A stretch of DNA of 64,000 nt from NCBI GenBank assembly GCA_002269645.1, contig NIVC01000186.1, positions 248,001 to 312,000 of the forward strand, in the 5' to 3' direction. This stretch comes from Macrostomum lignano (lineage: Eukaryota). The translations under genes and the position numbers were made by a program. Positions 63,456-64,000 of the stretch are shown in pieces. Below the pieces are notes generated by a model that saw nothing but the letters and a program-made list of their open reading frames with translations, had not been told where the DNA came from and made no database searches. Positions within the stretch are counted from its first letter, which is position 1. Each line of letters begins with the position of its first letter.

Positions 63456-64000
63456 AGCAGAATTTCCAATCCCGCTAGCACAGAGCTGAGCACAGACAAC
63501 TCGAACTCGCAGGTGCAGTCAGCTGTTCAGCGAACTCTACGAGGCCCTGCTGGATCAGCTCTGCTTCACCTGGACTCGACACCGGCAGCAAGGCAGCCGT
63601 CGGCCGAGACAACGGCGCTACAGCAGCAACTATCCCGGCGAGAACCCGGAAATTTAACAAAATTATAGCTTTGTTTTCATTTAATGGCTGGCCTTTCACA
63701 ATTAGGCCTGGTTTATACGCGTAGCAGGGGCGCCAGCATCAGGGCGCCAGCATCAGGGCGCCAGCATCAGGGGCGCCAGCATCAGGGGCGCCAGCATCAG
63801 GGGGCCTCCCCTTGCCCCTGCCTGCGCCCTGTAAAGATGACAATTTGCATTGTATGGTTTAGCATTATCTCATTCAACCTCTAACCGCCCTGCAAGTTAA
63901 GCAGAATTGGCGCTGGTTAGTTTTAACCTACATTAAATATGGTCTTACCTTCGGTTAGTCGTACTGTGATAGACATGGGTTTGCTGCGACCCCAACCTTT

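Noticed and set aside
62470-63700. Short ORFs and CAG-rich stretches after Rbfox (e.g. 63475-63699)
   Set aside because: No recognisable homology. They could be exons of a gene extending past the window but cannot be supported.

Overview
This is a eukaryotic (animal) genomic window with spliced genes, GC-rich exons and introns packed with tandem repeats. That architecture suggests a free-living flatworm such as Macrostomum (inference only). Five host genes are recognisable. (1) The 5' part of CAPS/CADPS/unc-31 (minus; exons 5378-5123, ~3388-2967, 1821-1495, continuing off the left edge). (2) A complete MLH1 (minus, 18308-8254). (3) A voltage-gated Ca2+ channel alpha2delta subunit (plus, 31066-42487; first exon not found). 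(4) A 3-exon orphan rhodopsin-class GPCR (minus, 47194-43716; one +1 frameshift in a G run). (5) Rbfox/Fox-1 (plus, 49214-60831). Mobile elements: an internally deleted THAP/P element with TIRs in MLH1 intron 3, a 698-bp foldback MITE with a perfect 8-bp TSD, a near-intact Chapaev3-like transposon in Rbfox intron 1, a CORE-like tRNA-SINE, a second SINE family and other foldbacks. Many introns carry their own minisatellite. The top hypothesis is that a 57-bp intronic array supplies about 22 Rbfox GCAUG sites just downstream of an unusual alpha2delta exon, in a gene about 7 kb from Rbfox itself. No prokaryotic features, CRISPR arrays or rRNA were seen. Exon boundaries were read by hand from GT/AG sites and reading phase.
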